A DNA stretch of 64,000 nucleotides, taken from Azolla caroliniana (taxonomy: Eukaryota > Plantae > Polypodiophyta). Position 1 is the stretch's first letter; each line of letters starts with the position of its first letter. A program made the position numbers and the translations under genes. Below, piece after piece: positions 25,429-39,100 of the stretch. The stretch lies in assembly GCA_043228905.1 (NCBI GenBank), contig JBHGNT010000013.1, forward strand, positions 18,166,001 to 18,230,000, written 5' to 3'. The notes beneath the pieces were generated by a model. That model was not told the DNA's origin. It was given only the letters and a program-made list of their open reading frames with translations, and ran no database searches.

Positions 25429-25783
25429 TGTCAAGATTCGAACTCTTGACATGACCATGTTATAATCTAGTATTATGAGTTAACCAAGATATCTAGTACT
25501 AGTTATGTATGTAATTGGTCCTTATTATTTTGCTAGCATCATGTGCATAGTTGCTCCCTTGTAGTATTTACACTTGGCACATGCATGCATACCTACATGC
25601 TCTATTGTAGATTCACATGCGTGCAACAAGTATGCATGCCACGTAGTATAAATAGAGGAGTTCACCTTGAAGGAATTCAAGGTGAACAACACCAGTTATG
25701 GAGTCTTTCCTTTAATACTATCTTCTTTCTTGTCCATTTGGTTATCTTCTCGCTTGTCTCTTGAGTTTATGATCCGTGACAGT

Positions 25784-25794
25784 TTGTTCACCTT
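25784..25794 (+). promoter_or_regulatory. Self-priming PBS (Tf1-type)
   Basis: ttgttcacctt is the exact reverse complement of aaggtgaacaa (25679-25689), which starts 32 nt after the TATA box at 25647. Confidence 0.8.
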
Positions 25795-25831
25795 CCCATC
25801 CTCATAGCTCTCCCTCTCATAAGCCATAGCT

Positions 25832-26848
25832 ATGTCCGACTCAACTAGTGAGTTAGGCCAAATAATGGTAGCCTTACAACAACTACAACTTGAAAATGAA
25901 GCTCTTCGAAATTCTTTACAAGAACTTCAAGTCGGTACCTCCCTATCCTCACAACCCCCGAACCCTAGTCTCCCACAACAACCTAGCCTAGAGCCCGATC
26001 TTCTACCAACATCTAGCCTAGCTTCGTCACAGTTTCTTGAGCCTAAGGTTAGCCTCCCAGAAAAATTTGATGGAACGAGGTCGCGTTTCCGATGGTTCAT
26101 CAACCAAGTTCGACTTATCATTCGGCTACAACCTCAACGTTATGGAGATGGTCTTCGACAAGTCAGCCTTGTGGGCACCCTTCTCTCCGGTCCGGCCCAA
26201 GCTTGGTTTGCACCATTGGTAGAAACCTCATCACCTTTGTTGGAGGACTTTCCCGCCTTCCTTGTCGAGTTAGAGGCCACATTTGGAGAGACGGACCGAC
26301 GACGTACAACTCTTAACAAGATTTATGCACTCGAACAAGGTTCACGTGCAGCTTCGGTCTATGCTTCCGAATTTCGACAACTAGCATGCGACGTCAATTG
26401 GGATGATCAAGCTTTAGCTGATCACTTTCAGCGCGGTCTTCGAAGCAATGTCAAGAATCTTCTCTTAAACTTTCCGGAGCCCACCTCGTTATCCCAAGCG
26501 ATTTCACAAGCAGTCCATTGTGACAATCGTCTTTTCGAATTTTGCCAAGAAGAGCGTCGGACTTGGGTTCCACCTCATTCACTTCCACGCCACGCCCCGG
26601 TCATACAACCCCAAGCATCCTCACACTCGCCTACTTCGGCAGATGCTCCTGACCCCATGGAAATTGATCAAGCCCGATTTCGGCCATTGACTGATGCTGA
26701 ACGACAATTTCGGCGGGCTAATGGCTTGTGCATGTATTGCGGTGCCTCCGGTAATGTCGTTCGCCATTGTCCTAGGAGTACTCGCCCACAATTCCATCGA
26801 GCTAACGGACCCCAACATCCGGAAAACGACATCGTTCGGTTGCAGTAG
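25832..26848 (+). CDS. Tcn1-like gag, 338 aa
   Basis: PEKFDG, QGSRAASVYASEF, DPMEID, LCMYCG..C (knuckle His lost). Confidence 0.92.
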   Translation: MSDSTSELGQIMVALQQLQLENEALRNSLQELQVGTSLSSQPPNPSLPQQPSLEPDLLPTSSLASSQFLEPKVSLPEKFDGTRSRFRWFINQVRLIIRLQPQRYGDGLRQVSLVGTLLSGPAQAWFAPLVETSSPLLEDFPAFLVELEATFGETDRRRTTLNKIYALEQGSRAASVYASEFRQLACDVNWDDQALADHFQRGLRSNVKNLLLNFPEPTSLSQAISQAVHCDNRLFEFCQEERRTWVPPHSLPRHAPVIQPQASSHSPTSADAPDPMEIDQARFRPLTDAERQFRRANGLCMYCGASGNVVRHCPRSTRPQFHRANGPQHPENDIVRLQ

Positions 26849-29800
26849 GAGCCATGCAACTGGACATCTCCCGTCGCCCACATTCTCTTGGTTCTATTGC
26901 CGGATCATCAGGCAATTTCACATTGAAGGTATGGCTTTCGTTTAACTCTAGTTCCATTCAGTCTGTTGCTTTACTTGATTCTGGGGCATCTTCTTGCTTC
27001 ATCGACATCGCATTTGCCCAAGCACATGGCGTACCTGTCGTTGGCCTCTCAAAACCCATTCCAGTTGAAGCCATCGACGGGTGCATCCTCTCGTCAAGTG
27101 CAATTACTCAAGTTACAATCCCATTAGGGCTTCGGGTGGGCTCACACCAAGAGGAGCTCACCTTTTACCTCATCGCATCTCCTCGACATCCGATCGTCTT
27201 AGGACTAACGTGGTTGGAGGTGCACAATCCAATAGTGGATTGGTGCAACCGCTCGATCACATTTAGCAAGCCAAGATGCTCGTGCAAAAGTATGAAGGTA
27301 AATTCAGTTTCTTATCCTTCGGAGACGGTCGACTCCGAATTGACTACCCCATCATCCATCTAGTATGGGTTTGTTTGTGGTGCCATTTCTAACACACTCC
27401 ATGTTATTCCCGAAAAATACCAACACTTCTCCGACGTATTTGAAAAATGTAATGCTGGTCGGTTGCCTGAACACCGGCTCTACAACTGTCTGATTGATCT
27501 TCAAGAAGGTGTGTGTCCACCCTTTGGTCCTCTATATGCGTTGTCTGCACCAGAGTTGAAGGCCCTTCGTGTGTATCTCGATGAGAACCTCGAGAAAGGC
27601 TTTATTCAACCTTCTAAGTCACCAGCCAGGGCCCCCATTTTATTTGTGAAGAAGGACGGCTCTCTACGCTTATGCGTCGACTACCGAGGTCTCAACAAAC
27701 TCACTGTGCGCAACCACTATCCGCTACCTCTGATCCCCGAACTCCTTGATCGGCTCCGAGTTGCACGTGTCTTCTCCAAAGTTGATCTGCGTGGAGCGTA
27801 CAATCTAGTACGCATCAAACCGGGGGATGAATGGAAAACCACATTTCGAACACGGTATGGGCATTTCGAATACAAGGTAATGCCTTTTGGTCTTAGTAAC
27901 GCTCCCGCAGTTTTTCAACATATGATGAACGATATTTTCCGGGAATATCTTGATCTTTTTGTTGTCATTTACCTCGATGATATTCTCATTTTCTTGCCAA
28001 ACATGGAGGAGCACACTTGCCAAGTCCGATTAGTTCTTGCCAAACTTCACGAGCATGGCCTTTATGCCAAAGGCGAGAAATGCGAGTTCGACCGTACCTC
28101 GATCGAATTTCTGGGCTACATCATCTCGCCCACTGGCATCACCATGGATATGAAGAAGGTCTCTGTCATTCAGGCGTGGGCGACTCCAAGGCGACTTAAA
28201 GATGTGCAATTCTTCCTCGGCTTCGCGAATTTTTACCGTCATTTCATCAAGGGGTTTTCCACCCTAGCACAACCTCTTATCGCTCTCACCCATAAAGGCA
28301 CTGCATTTTTATGGACCTCGGAGGCACAAAATGCGTTCGACTCACTCAAACACGCATTCATCACTGGCCCGGTGCTGCTACATGCCGACCCCACAAAACC
28401 CTTCCAAGTCGAAACCTATGCCTCTGACTTTGCCATTGGCGCCATCTTATCCCAAGCAGACGACAACAACCTAATGCACCCAATGGCTTACTATTCCCGA
28501 AAATTTACGGCATCCGAAAACAATTATCCCATTTACGACAAGGAGCTTGCTGCTATCATTGCTGTCTTTGAAGAATGGCGACCCTACTTGGCCGGCGCAC
28601 AACATCGTGTCCAGGTAGTGACTGATCATAAAAATTTAGTTTATTTTTCCACCACTCGTACTTTGAATCGAAGGCAGGCCCGTTGGTCGACATTTCTCGC
28701 CGACTACGATTTTGAGATCGTATTTCGACCTGGTGGCCAACATGGGAAGGCTGATGCCCTTTCTCGCCGAGCTGACCTTGCACTCCGCCCTGGGGATGTT
28801 GCTCATGCTCAACAATCTAGACGTTTGTTGAAACCCGACCAATTGCATTTGTTTGCCACTTGTATGTTGCAGGATGATTCTTTACTCCAACAAATCACTG
28901 ATGCATCCAAGACCGATGCGTTCGCCAACGAGATTCGAGATAGTCTGCAAAACCCCTCCAAGGCGACCAAAAGGAAGGATCTTGACACCTTCACCATACA
29001 AGAGGGTTTTTTGTTCCGAGATCATCTCTTATACGTCCCAGAGGGCCCATGTCGCACTCGGGTGTTGCGGGAATGCCACGATGAACCACTTGCAGGTCAT
29101 TTCGGGGTCGCGAAAACCCTCGAGCTAATCTCTCGGGGGTATTGGTGGCCACAACCATGGAAGCTGGTCAAAGAATACATAAAGAGTTGTGAGGTTTGTG
29201 CTCGCTCCAAAGCCATTCATCATCGGCCATACGGCTTACTACAGCCGCTTCCATGTCCTCGTCGTCCTTGGGCCTCTATCTCTATGGACTTGATAACTAA
29301 TCTACCCTTGGTCAATAGCTATGACTCGGTGTTGGTCGTTGTCGATCGGTTTACGAAGATGGCTCACTTCACTCCATGCTCCAAAACCATTTCCGGAGAA
29401 GGAATGGTGCAACTCCTACTCAACAATGTAGTACGCTTGCATGGACTCCCCGATGATGTCATCTCGGATCGCGGACCCCAGTTTGTCTCTCACTTCTAGC
29501 AGCGCCTGCTACAAACTTTAGGCATCTCTGTCAAGTTGTCCTCCGCTTATCACCCCCAAACTGACGGGCAAACGGAGCGTGTCAACCAAATCCTTGAGCA
29601 GTATCTTCGGTGCTCGGTTAGTTACCAACAAGATGATTGGGTCAACTTACTTTCGCTCGCGGAATTCGCCTACAATAATTCTCTCCATGCATCGACTGGT
29701 GTCACTCCCTTCTTTGCCAACTACGGTTTACATCCTCGCTTCAACATTTCCCTTCCTACCACTTCCGTGAACCCTTCGGCGGAGGATCGCGCCCGCATTT

Positions 29801-30402
29801 TGGAAGAAGTACATCATGATTTATCCTTGGAGCTTAGTCTTGCTAGTGAACGATACAAGAAGCAGGCTGATCGCCATCGATCTTCCACTCCACACTTTGT
29901 CATTGGAGACATGGTCTGGTTTTTACGTCGACACATCTCTACTACTCGTCCATGTGCGAAACTTGATTACAAGAAGTTGGGACCATTCCGTATCATCGAG
30001 TGCATCAATCCCGTCGCCTTCCGGCTCGCCCTTCCATCCCACTTCTGGATTCACGATGTTTTTCATGTCTCCCTCCTCGAACCCCATTATGCTTCACAAC
30101 TCCCAGGACGTCAAGCCCCACCACCACCACCACCTGTGCAATTAACGACAAGGGAGGAATACGAGGTCGACCAAATCCTTGACTCGCGTTGGCACCGTTG
30201 ACACTTGCAATACCTCGTCCTATGGAGGGGTTACCCCATGTCTGAGGCCACATGGGAACCATCGGCAAATTTACAAAATGCCCCAGAGGTCGTCCAAGAT
30301 TTTCATCACCGATATCCCCACAAACCAGCGGCCGATTTGGGAAGGCGGCGTAAGAGGGGGGATAATATCAAGATTCGAACTCTTGACACGACCCTGTTAT
30401 AA
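26821..30402 (+). pseudogene. Tcn1-like pol (PR-RT-RH-IN-chromodomain), in the -1 frame relative to gag
   Basis: LLDSGAS, YLDD, HHCC/DDE integrase, GPF motif, EYEVDQILDS..YLVLWRGY..ATWEP; in-frame stops at 27361, 29497 and 30199. Confidence 0.93.
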
Positions 30403-30723
30403 TCTAGTATTATGAGTTAACCAAGATATCTAGTACTAGTTATGTATGTAATTGGTCCTTATTATTTTGCTAGCATCATGTGCATAGTTGCTCCCTTGTA
30501 GTATTTACACTTGGCACATGCATGCATACCTACGTGCTCTATTGTAGATTCACAAGCGTGCAACAAGTACGCATGCCATGTAGTATAAATAGAGGAGTTC
30601 ACCTTGAAGGAATTCAAGGTGAACAACACCAGTTATGGAGTCTTTCCTTTAATACTATCTTCTTTCTTGTCCATTTGGTTATCTTCTTGCTTGTCTCTTG
30701 AGTTTATGATCCGTGACACGACC

Positions 30724-32869
30724 AATTTCAACTAGCAATTGATAGTCGCAATATCACAACAATGAAAACACCAATTGGGTTGGTTCGAATGTGCACTCTA
30801 CCTCAAGGTGCAACAAATTCAGTTGCTCATATGATGAATGCAATGAACAAGGTTCTACATGAGTACATCCCAAAGGTAAATATGCCATTTTTTGATGATA
30901 TTTCTATTAAGGGATGCTTAGAAAGAGAGAAAGATGAGACTATGGTTGGAAATGGTTGCAGAAAGTTTGTGATGGATCACATTAATGATTGTGAAAGTAT
31001 TTTAAATAAGCTTGAGCAGGTACATTTGACACTATCAAGAACAAAGTCTAGCTTTGGGCAAAACGAAGTTCTCATAGTTGGTCATATGTGTGGGTGGTAT
31101 GGGAGGAAGCCTTCACCAATCAAAATTAACGCAATACAAAATATGAAGGAAGTTTGTGACTCGGTAACAGAGGTGAGAAGATTTTTGGGTGCATGTGTGT
31201 TTTATCATATTTGGTTACCACACTTTGCACATGTCTCAGATCCTCTCTACCAACTTTTAAGAAAAGGGAAGAAGTTTATTTGGACTGATGAACATACACA
31301 AGTTGTTCAACAGCTGAAAGAAGCATTATTGAAAGCACCAGTTCTTTGTCAACTAGACTGCAAAGGTGAACGACCAATTATAGAAATAGTTGATACTAGC
31401 CCAATCGGGATCGGTTGGGTTATCAACCAAGAAGATGAAGACCAACATCGGTATGCGATCAGTTTTGGAGCAAAGATATTAAATGAAAGACAAAGAAACT
31501 ATGCACAAGTTAAACGAGAATTGTGGGGTTTGCTTATTGCATTAAAAACAGATAGAGATTACTTGATCGGAGCAAATGTAGTGGTTGAAACAGATTGTTT
31601 GCCACTCATCGGAATGGTAGCAAGTTGCATGACACCAGATATTGCAATGCTTCGGTGGATTGCATACATCAGAACCATGAACCCAGAATTGCGGCATATA
31701 AAGGGAAAAGACAACCCAGTTGCAGATATGCTGTCAAGGGCAAGGTTCATAAATGAAAAGGTGATGCAAACTGAAGATAAGAATTGGGAAACTAAAAGCC
31801 ATCGAGTTGCTCATCAAATATCTAGTAAGCCTCATGACGAGTTTAATGTAAGCATAATGTTCAAAGACTTGTGGAAACTTGTGAAATATGTCAAAGGTAT
31901 TCAACTATTCGATATCGAGATGAGCTAAACCCAAAATATTCATCATCAATGCATAATAAGTGGATGGTTGATCTAGTGACAATGCCACTTGGGGAAGGTC
32001 AAATGCGATATTTAGTACTAGCAAGAGAAGACCTTACAAACCAAGTAGAAGGAAGACCACTACGACAAAAAACAACTAGAGCTATATGTAAACTTTTGTT
32101 AGAAGATGTAATATGTCGTTATGGGTGTGTTGGTAAAATAATTGCAGATAGAGGAGAATTGGACTCTGATGAACCTAGAGAATTCTTCAGGCCAATTGGG
32201 GTCAAATTATCGCTTACAACTGCATATAATCCAGAAGCCAATGGAAAGACTGAAAGAGGACATAACCCAATAGTTAAGGCGATCGTGAAAAGTTTTAAAG
32301 GTAAAATAAGAGATTGGCCACGCATGCTACCTTATGCACTATGGGCGGATCAAACAACTCATAGTTCGGTAACACGATACATGCCAACTGAATTGATACT
32401 TGGCCAAAAGCCCATCATGCCGGTAGAAGAATCAATTATGTCATGGATATCTATTCTATGGATAGAAGAGGTGAGCAGAGAAGAATTACTTGCTTTGTGA
32501 ATTCAACAATTAGAGCGTTGACCTGAAGATATAGAAATAGCAGCCCAACGATTGAAGGAGGCTCGACTGAAGAATAAAATTTGTTTTGATAAAACTCATA
32601 GAATTTGACCTAAGAAAATAGAAGAAGGAGATTGGGTGCTCGTGTATGATAACAGTTTAGATAATCAACATAGCACCATCCGCAAGTTCATTGAAAGATG
32701 GTTTGAGCCTTATATAGTAAGAAAAGTATATGATAACTTTACTTATAAGCTTAGTGAATTGGATGGGACACTAATCCTAAACGTGGTAGCTGGAAAGAGG
32801 AATAAATTATTTAAGAAAAGGTTTGAGCTTGAACCTCCTCCAATAGATCAACATGAAGATGAAAGATAG
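30724..32869 (+). pseudogene. Phygy/Selgy-like pol remainder (RT, RNase H, integrase)
   Basis: LPQGATNS, PFFDD, VETDCLPL, IIADRGE, AYNPEANGKTERG; frameshift or deletion near 31870 and several stops. Confidence 0.92.
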
Positions 32870-32912
32870 TGGCACATGTCGGAAGATGTGCAGGTGTAGA
32901 GGGGGGGGTGGA

Positions 32913-33911
32913 TGTCGTGAAGTACGAAAGCTTCACATTAAAAGTCTACAATAAGATAAATACGTAACTAAAATAAAATTTGATAATGTTTTATATATAA
33001 AGATAATATTAACAACACATATGATAATATTATATATATGTAAAGAAAAGTAATATATATATAAATATATTATATTACACAAACAGGAGAGGACTTGAAC
33101 CAATAACCCCACCCTATGACTTTCAAATCTTACCATTTACTCTATACTAATAATATATATAAGATAAAGGATTTGCTTCATGATATAAAAACGACGTTAC
33201 ATGTTGTATTCAATAATATTTGAGAGACTCAAACCCACAACCTCATATACCAAAGTCAACACACCTACCATTAGGCTAGGTCCTTATGACATATATTTTT
33301 ATTCTTATGACATATTTTTTTTTCATACATGAAAGCTCAAATGAGCGAGATGCCTATCATGCATCACATGCATGACTTGTACCCTCCAATGCATCATATG
33401 CATGGGGACACCTATTTAAATGGTGAAAGAGAAGATCAAAGGGGGAGAGGTATGAGATATCAATCAAATATATATTACATAAGAGATACCATAAAATAGA
33501 GAAAGAAAAGAAGAAGTTCAACATAAAGGTGGAGCTCTAGCTTGGCGATCGTGGTGGTCAACTCTCAACAAGAGGGAGGTGGTTCAAGCCTTATCTTCAT
33601 CAAAATATTGAAGTGAAGATTGTTTTGGCCTACTATCAAGAAAGAGATGAGTGATTATCTTGTGAAACCAAGTTTGAAGGATCAACGACGCTTACAACCA
33701 CTTTTGTAACTCTTTCATCAAATAATTATAAATCTCTTTTATTCCTTCAAATATCATTCAATATCCTTTCTTGTCATATCTTGTTGATCTCTATTTACTC
33801 CATCTCTACTCATTCATCTCTTCCGTCCATAATCCTAGTGATTCCTTCCTCACTTTCACGATATCTTTTGTCTACGCAACACTACGCTTCCAGGCAAGCC
33901 ACGCCACGACA
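32913..33911 (+). repeat. 3' LTR of the Phygy/Selgy-like gypsy
   Basis: Direct repeat of 9870-10875, preceded by a purine tract. Confidence 0.95.
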
Positions 33912-33915
33912 GCGT

Positions 33916-34540
33916 ATAACCACAAGATTCAAGGATCCATTTCTTTACAATTTTAGCAACCACTCTAATTGGTGCACTTCGCAAGTCCTGTAGATCACTG
34001 CAATCAAAGGTATAAGATTGCAATCCATTGTTGTCTAGGACCTCAAAATAAGAAACGCACCCATTAGGTGAAACGCCCTTAACAACCATCAATGTATCAT
34101 TGTGAAACATCCAAACCATAGATATTCCTGCCTGGGTTGGAAGGTTGTAAAAAACGAAGAATATGTTGCTGATATGGTAGCCGTCATTATCTTGAAACCA
34201 TGACCTAATTATAGATGTGTAAGTCGATCTTCTTGTGACATTTGCTGAAATTGAGTTCATGTTCTTACAGATGCATCCGGCCCATTATCCAATTTACCCC
34301 AACCAAGGTGAGTTCGTAGGACTAATACTTTTCCTGCATTATCCCAAAATAGAGAATTGGCAAGCATAGGCTGATTAAGTAATGCATACCATGTAGAAGG
34401 TTTGTCCTTAAGCAAAAATGATTTAATCGCATCCCACGCTCTTATGATTCCTAACAAAAATCTATTGGAGGCAGGATTACCCCTTTGCGTTTTCATGACG
34501 TTCAAGAATAACCACTTTAGAGAGGGTGACCATGCTCCTC
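33916..34540 (-). mobile_element. Decayed LINE ORF2 fragment, right half
   Basis: Trp-rich minus-strand frames (RAWDAIK..WYALLNQPMLANSLF) contiguous with 8775-9869 across the TSD; family assignment is by resemblance only. Confidence 0.45.
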
Positions 34541-34569
34541 TTATCTTAGGAGTAAACTACATTAACTGA

Positions 34570-35550
34570 TTTAAAAACATTCATTTCCAAGCTTTTGATC
34601 CTTCTTGTGTGCTTCGAATACTTCTTGTGCTTTTTCCAACTTGCCACATTTTGCTTACAACTCAAGCACAATAATCCTCTCTTCCGAACTTCCAAATGTA
34701 TTTGTTTCCCCATCTGAAAGCCTCTCAAGCTTCCACAAGATTTCAAGATGGAACTATCCGCTCATCACACATTTTCTTGAAACATTTCACGCCTTCATCT
34801 ACAAATCCATGTTGGGCATATACAACAATCAAGGAAGTCCAAGCCACAACGTTTCACACCATAAGCTCTTTAAATACTTCTCATGCCTTCTCAAGCATTC
34901 CACACTTGCAATACATATCCACCATCGCATTTCCTAGCACTATATCTTTATCAATATACCTTGCCTCTTGACCTCACTATGTATCTGTTCTCCCACCTCA
35001 AGAGACCCGATGTTGCCACAATCTTCCAAGAAACAAACAAAAGTCATGACATTTGAGTAGATTCCTTTGTTCCTCATTCTTTTGAAGCATTTTAATGCTT
35101 CATCACTAAATCCATGTTGGGCATACCCATCAATAAGTGCAGTCCAAGACACAATATTCCACACTGGAAGCTGTTCAAATGTTTCCAGAGATTTTTCAAG
35201 CAACCCAACCTTAGGATACATATGCACAAATGAAGTGCCAAGAAAAATATCCTTCTCCAAAAATCCACATCTTTTAGCATCCACAAGGATTTGTTCTCTC
35301 AGTTCTATGCTTTCCAAAGTACCACAAGCTTTCAAAATGTACCTCCGGAATATACCCTCAGCTTGGATTTCTCAAAAACATTCCATTGCTTGATGAACAA
35401 GGCCCTCTCGTGAATAAGAGTCGATGATGGAGGTCCAAGATACAACATTTCGTTCAGGTAGCTCTTCGAGTGGTTTTGGTGCTATTTTGTTGTGGCACCA
35501 CACTTTCCACACATATCCACCATAGCTCTTCAAATGGTTTTTGAACGGTT
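34570..35550 (-). pseudogene. PLS-class pentatricopeptide repeat (PPR) pseudogene
   Basis: Repeated motifs LPERNVVSWTSIIDSY, KACG..LEKDIFLGTSFVHMY, NIVSWTALIDGYAQHG..EALKCF, broken by frameshifts and stops. Confidence 0.9.
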
Positions 35551-36152
35551 TATCCAACATGTTTAGGGAGGTGGTTTGAGAGCTATAAATATGCATGTTT
35601 GTGTTAACTTTGTGGCCCATTCTTTATCCCACATGGTTTAGGGAGGTGGTTTGAGAGCTATAAATACGCTCCTCTTCCTCTTAGTTTGATATCCTCAATT
35701 TATACCCATGTTTGTGTTAACTTTATTGCCCATTCTTTATCCCACATGGTTTAGGGAGGTGGTTTGAGAGCTATAAATACGCTCCTCGTCCTCTTAGTTT
35801 GACATCCTCAATCTCCTCTTCCTCTTAGTTTGATATCCTCAATTTGTATTCTTCTCTCCCAAATCGTAATAGAGCATGTTGCTTTGGAGGACGTAGGTTG
35901 ATTGGCGAAACCTCGGTATTTTTGGTGTTATTTGATCTTTTCTTCTTACCCTATATAATAGTTTTACTTATGGTTATATATTGTTATTTCCACGCTTCCA
36001 CAACAATTGGTATCAGAGCCAAGGTTTTGCCTGAGTATGCTCTGTGGTCGTAGCTTTGTCTGATCTTCCACATCAGAAAAGAATTGCTTTGGTAATTTTG
36101 AAACGTAGAGTTGTTGTTAGCTATAATATTGAATACTATTTATTAAGTTTAT

Positions 36153-39100
36153 AATGGCATCAAGAGATGAAAAAGGAAAGAATATGATCTCAAAGATTCC
36201 ATCGGGAACATCGGGCTCGTCATCATCATGGTCAAGGTTTCCGGTGTCTAGTTCAAAACTGGCAGTATAAATATTTGATGGTACCGTCCATTTCGGCATG
36301 TGGCAAGGAGAGGTTTTAGATTCTCTTTTTCAACAAGTTCTTGATATTGCCATTGAAGAAGATAAACCAGAAGAGGTAGACAATAAAGATAGGATCGTCA
36401 TTAACCGGTTGGCATGCAGAACAATTTGATCGTGCCTGTCCAAAGAGCAGAAGTATGCTTTCAAGAATGAGACTTCTACACACAAATTGCGGAAGGCATT
36501 GGAGGGAAAATTTCTGAAAAAAAGTGGTCAAAATAAGCTCCCAATAAAGAAGAGGTTATTTTGATTTGACTACATACCAGGTACTACTATGAATGATCAC
36601 ATCATCATGTTTAATCAATTGGTAGCAAACCTATCAAGTCTAGATGTTAAATTTGAGGATGAGGATCTAGCTTTGATGTTGTTATCATCTCTTCCCGATG
36701 AATTTGAACATTTAGAAACTACATTACTTCACGACAAAGAGTATGTGTCATTAGATGCTATTTGTTCTACTTTATATAATCATGAATTGAGAAAGCCGGA
36801 TAAGATGATAACCAAAGCAACGACATCAGAACAAGCATTGGTGGCAAGAGGTCCAAATCAAAAGGTCGAGGTATTGCCAAAGATGAGTGTGCTTTCTGTC
36901 ATGAAAAAGGGCACTGGAAGAAAGACTGTCTGAAGTTGAAGAGGAAAGGAAAGCGTCCACAAGATGCAAATGTTGCAGACTACAGTGATGCGGAATCCGA
37001 TATTTCCTTAGCAGTTATGCCTTTGATGGCAACACGTCCAGATGAGTGGATTTTGGATTCAGGTTGTACCTATCATATGTGTCTTATTCGAGAGTGGTTT
37101 TTTGAATTTCAAGAAGTTGATGGTGGGGTTGTTTACATGGGTAATGATCACCCATGTAAAACAACCAAGATAGGTTCAATCAAGTTTCAGAATCATGATG
37201 GAACCATAAGAATTTTGAGGGATGTGCGGTACGTGCCAAAGTTGAATAAAAATCTCATCTCCTTGAGGGCTCCTGAATCTAAGGGCCTAGTTGTGATGAT
37301 GCGAGATGGAGTTCTTAAAGCAACTTTAGGAGTATTGGTGATGTTGAAAGGTGTACGGAAGAACAATTTGTACTATTACCAAGGTAATACAGTGGTGGGG
37401 ATAGTGGCATCAACAACTTCAAGTACCAAGAAAGACACTGAAGCAACGATGTTGTGGCATATGCGGTTGGGACACGCTGGTGAAAAGTATTTGCAAATTC
37501 TTGCAAACCAAGGGTTGTTGAAAGGCATGAAGACTTGCAAACTTGATTTTTGTGAACATTGTGTTTTGGGAAAGCAACGAAGCGTGAAGTTTGGCACTGC
37601 AATTCATAATACCAAGGGTATTTTGGATTATGTGCACTCAAATGTGTGGGGATCTACCAAGACTCCATCCATCGAAGGTAGGCATTATTTTATAACTTTT
37701 GTTGATGATTTTTCCAGGAGAGTTTGGGTGTATACAATGAAGAACAAGAGTGATGTGCTTGGAGTTTTCCTTAAGTGGAAAGCTCAAGTTGAAAACCAAA
37801 CAAGGAGAAAGATCAAGGTTCTCCGAACAGACAATGGTGGAGAATACAAGAGTGATCCATTTCTGGAAGTATGTGAAGATTGTGGCATAAATTGACATTT
37901 CACTGTTAGAAGAACACCACAACAGAATGGGGTGTCAAAGCGTATGAACAAGACACTTGTGGAGAAAGTTCGTAGTATGCTATCTAACGCTGGATTAGGC
38001 AAAAACATTTGGGTTGAGGCTGTGACGTACGCTCAACATCTCATCAATCGTTTACCATCATCTACTTTGGGCTGAGGCTGTGACGTACGCTCAACATCTC
38101 ATCAATCGTTTACCATCATCTACTTTGGGCTGAGGTTGTGATGTACGCTCAACATCTCGTCAATCATTTGCCATCATCTGCTATTGGTGGCAAAACTCCA
38201 TTAGAGGTATGGTCTAGAAAACCTGCAACTGATTATGATACTTTGCATATTTTTTGTTCTACTGCATATTATCATGTGAATGAATCAAAATTGGATCCAC
38301 GAGCAAAGAAGACTTTTTTCATGGGCTTCAATGCTAGAGTGAAGGGATACCGTTTGTGGTGTCTTGAGGCAAAGAAAACGATTATTAGTAGAGATGTTAC
38401 CTTTGATGAATCTACATGTTGAAAAAGGTAAATCTAGAAGAACTGATTAATACTTTGACACAAGTGGAGGGTACTCCGAAGCAAGTGGGATTTGAGCAGA
38501 CCGTGGTGACACCAAGGCGAAGCACGACCGGTGACTCTCCTATGGCAGAAGAAGAGTTAGATGAGGAAGAGGTTCTGACCCAAGAACCTCTACAGAAATC
38601 AGAATCAATTGCAATAAGAAGACAGAGACGAGTAATTCAGAATCCTGCTCGTTTCGTTGAAATGGTAGCTTATGCACTTCCAATTTGTGATGATAATGTT
38701 CCATCCACCTACCTAAAGGACATTCGGAGCATAGAAAGTGGCAACTAGGCTAGTGCAATGGAAGAAGAGATGCCATCTCTTCATAAAAACAAAACATGGA
38801 AGTTGACACAACTACCGAAAGGGAGAAAGGCAATTGGGTGCAAATGGGTATTTGCAAAGAAAGAGGGATTTCCGAGTAAAGAAGACATTCGCTACAAGGC
38901 AAGGTTGGTGGCTAAAGGTCATGCTCGAAAGGAGGGAATCAATTATAATGAGGTATTTTCTTCGGTTGTAAAACATTCCTCCATTAGAATTTTGTTGGCC
39001 TTAGTAGTACAATTGAATTTGGAGCTAGCTCAACTTGATGTGAAGACTGCGTTCTTAAATGATGATTTGAAGGAGGAAATCTATATGACTCAACTAGAAG

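Larger units (their letters stand above)
25429..30718 (+). mobile_element. Tcn1-like chromovirus (Ty3/gypsy), full length, pol with premature stops
   Basis: 353-bp LTRs 25429-25781 and 30366-30718; TSD cgacc (25424-25428, 30719-30723); PPT 30352-30365; no tRNA PBS; canonical chromodomain. Confidence 0.96.
9870..33911 (+). mobile_element. Non-chromovirus Ty3/gypsy element (Phygy/Selgy-like), decayed, host of four nested insertions
   Basis: LTRs 9870-10875 and 32913-33911 (tgtcgtg...cacgaca); 4-bp TSD gcgt (9866-9869, 33912-33915); PBS 10881-10897; PPT 32898-32912; gag-PR-RT-RH-IN order with LPQGATNS and PFFDD; no chromodomain. Confidence 0.93.
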
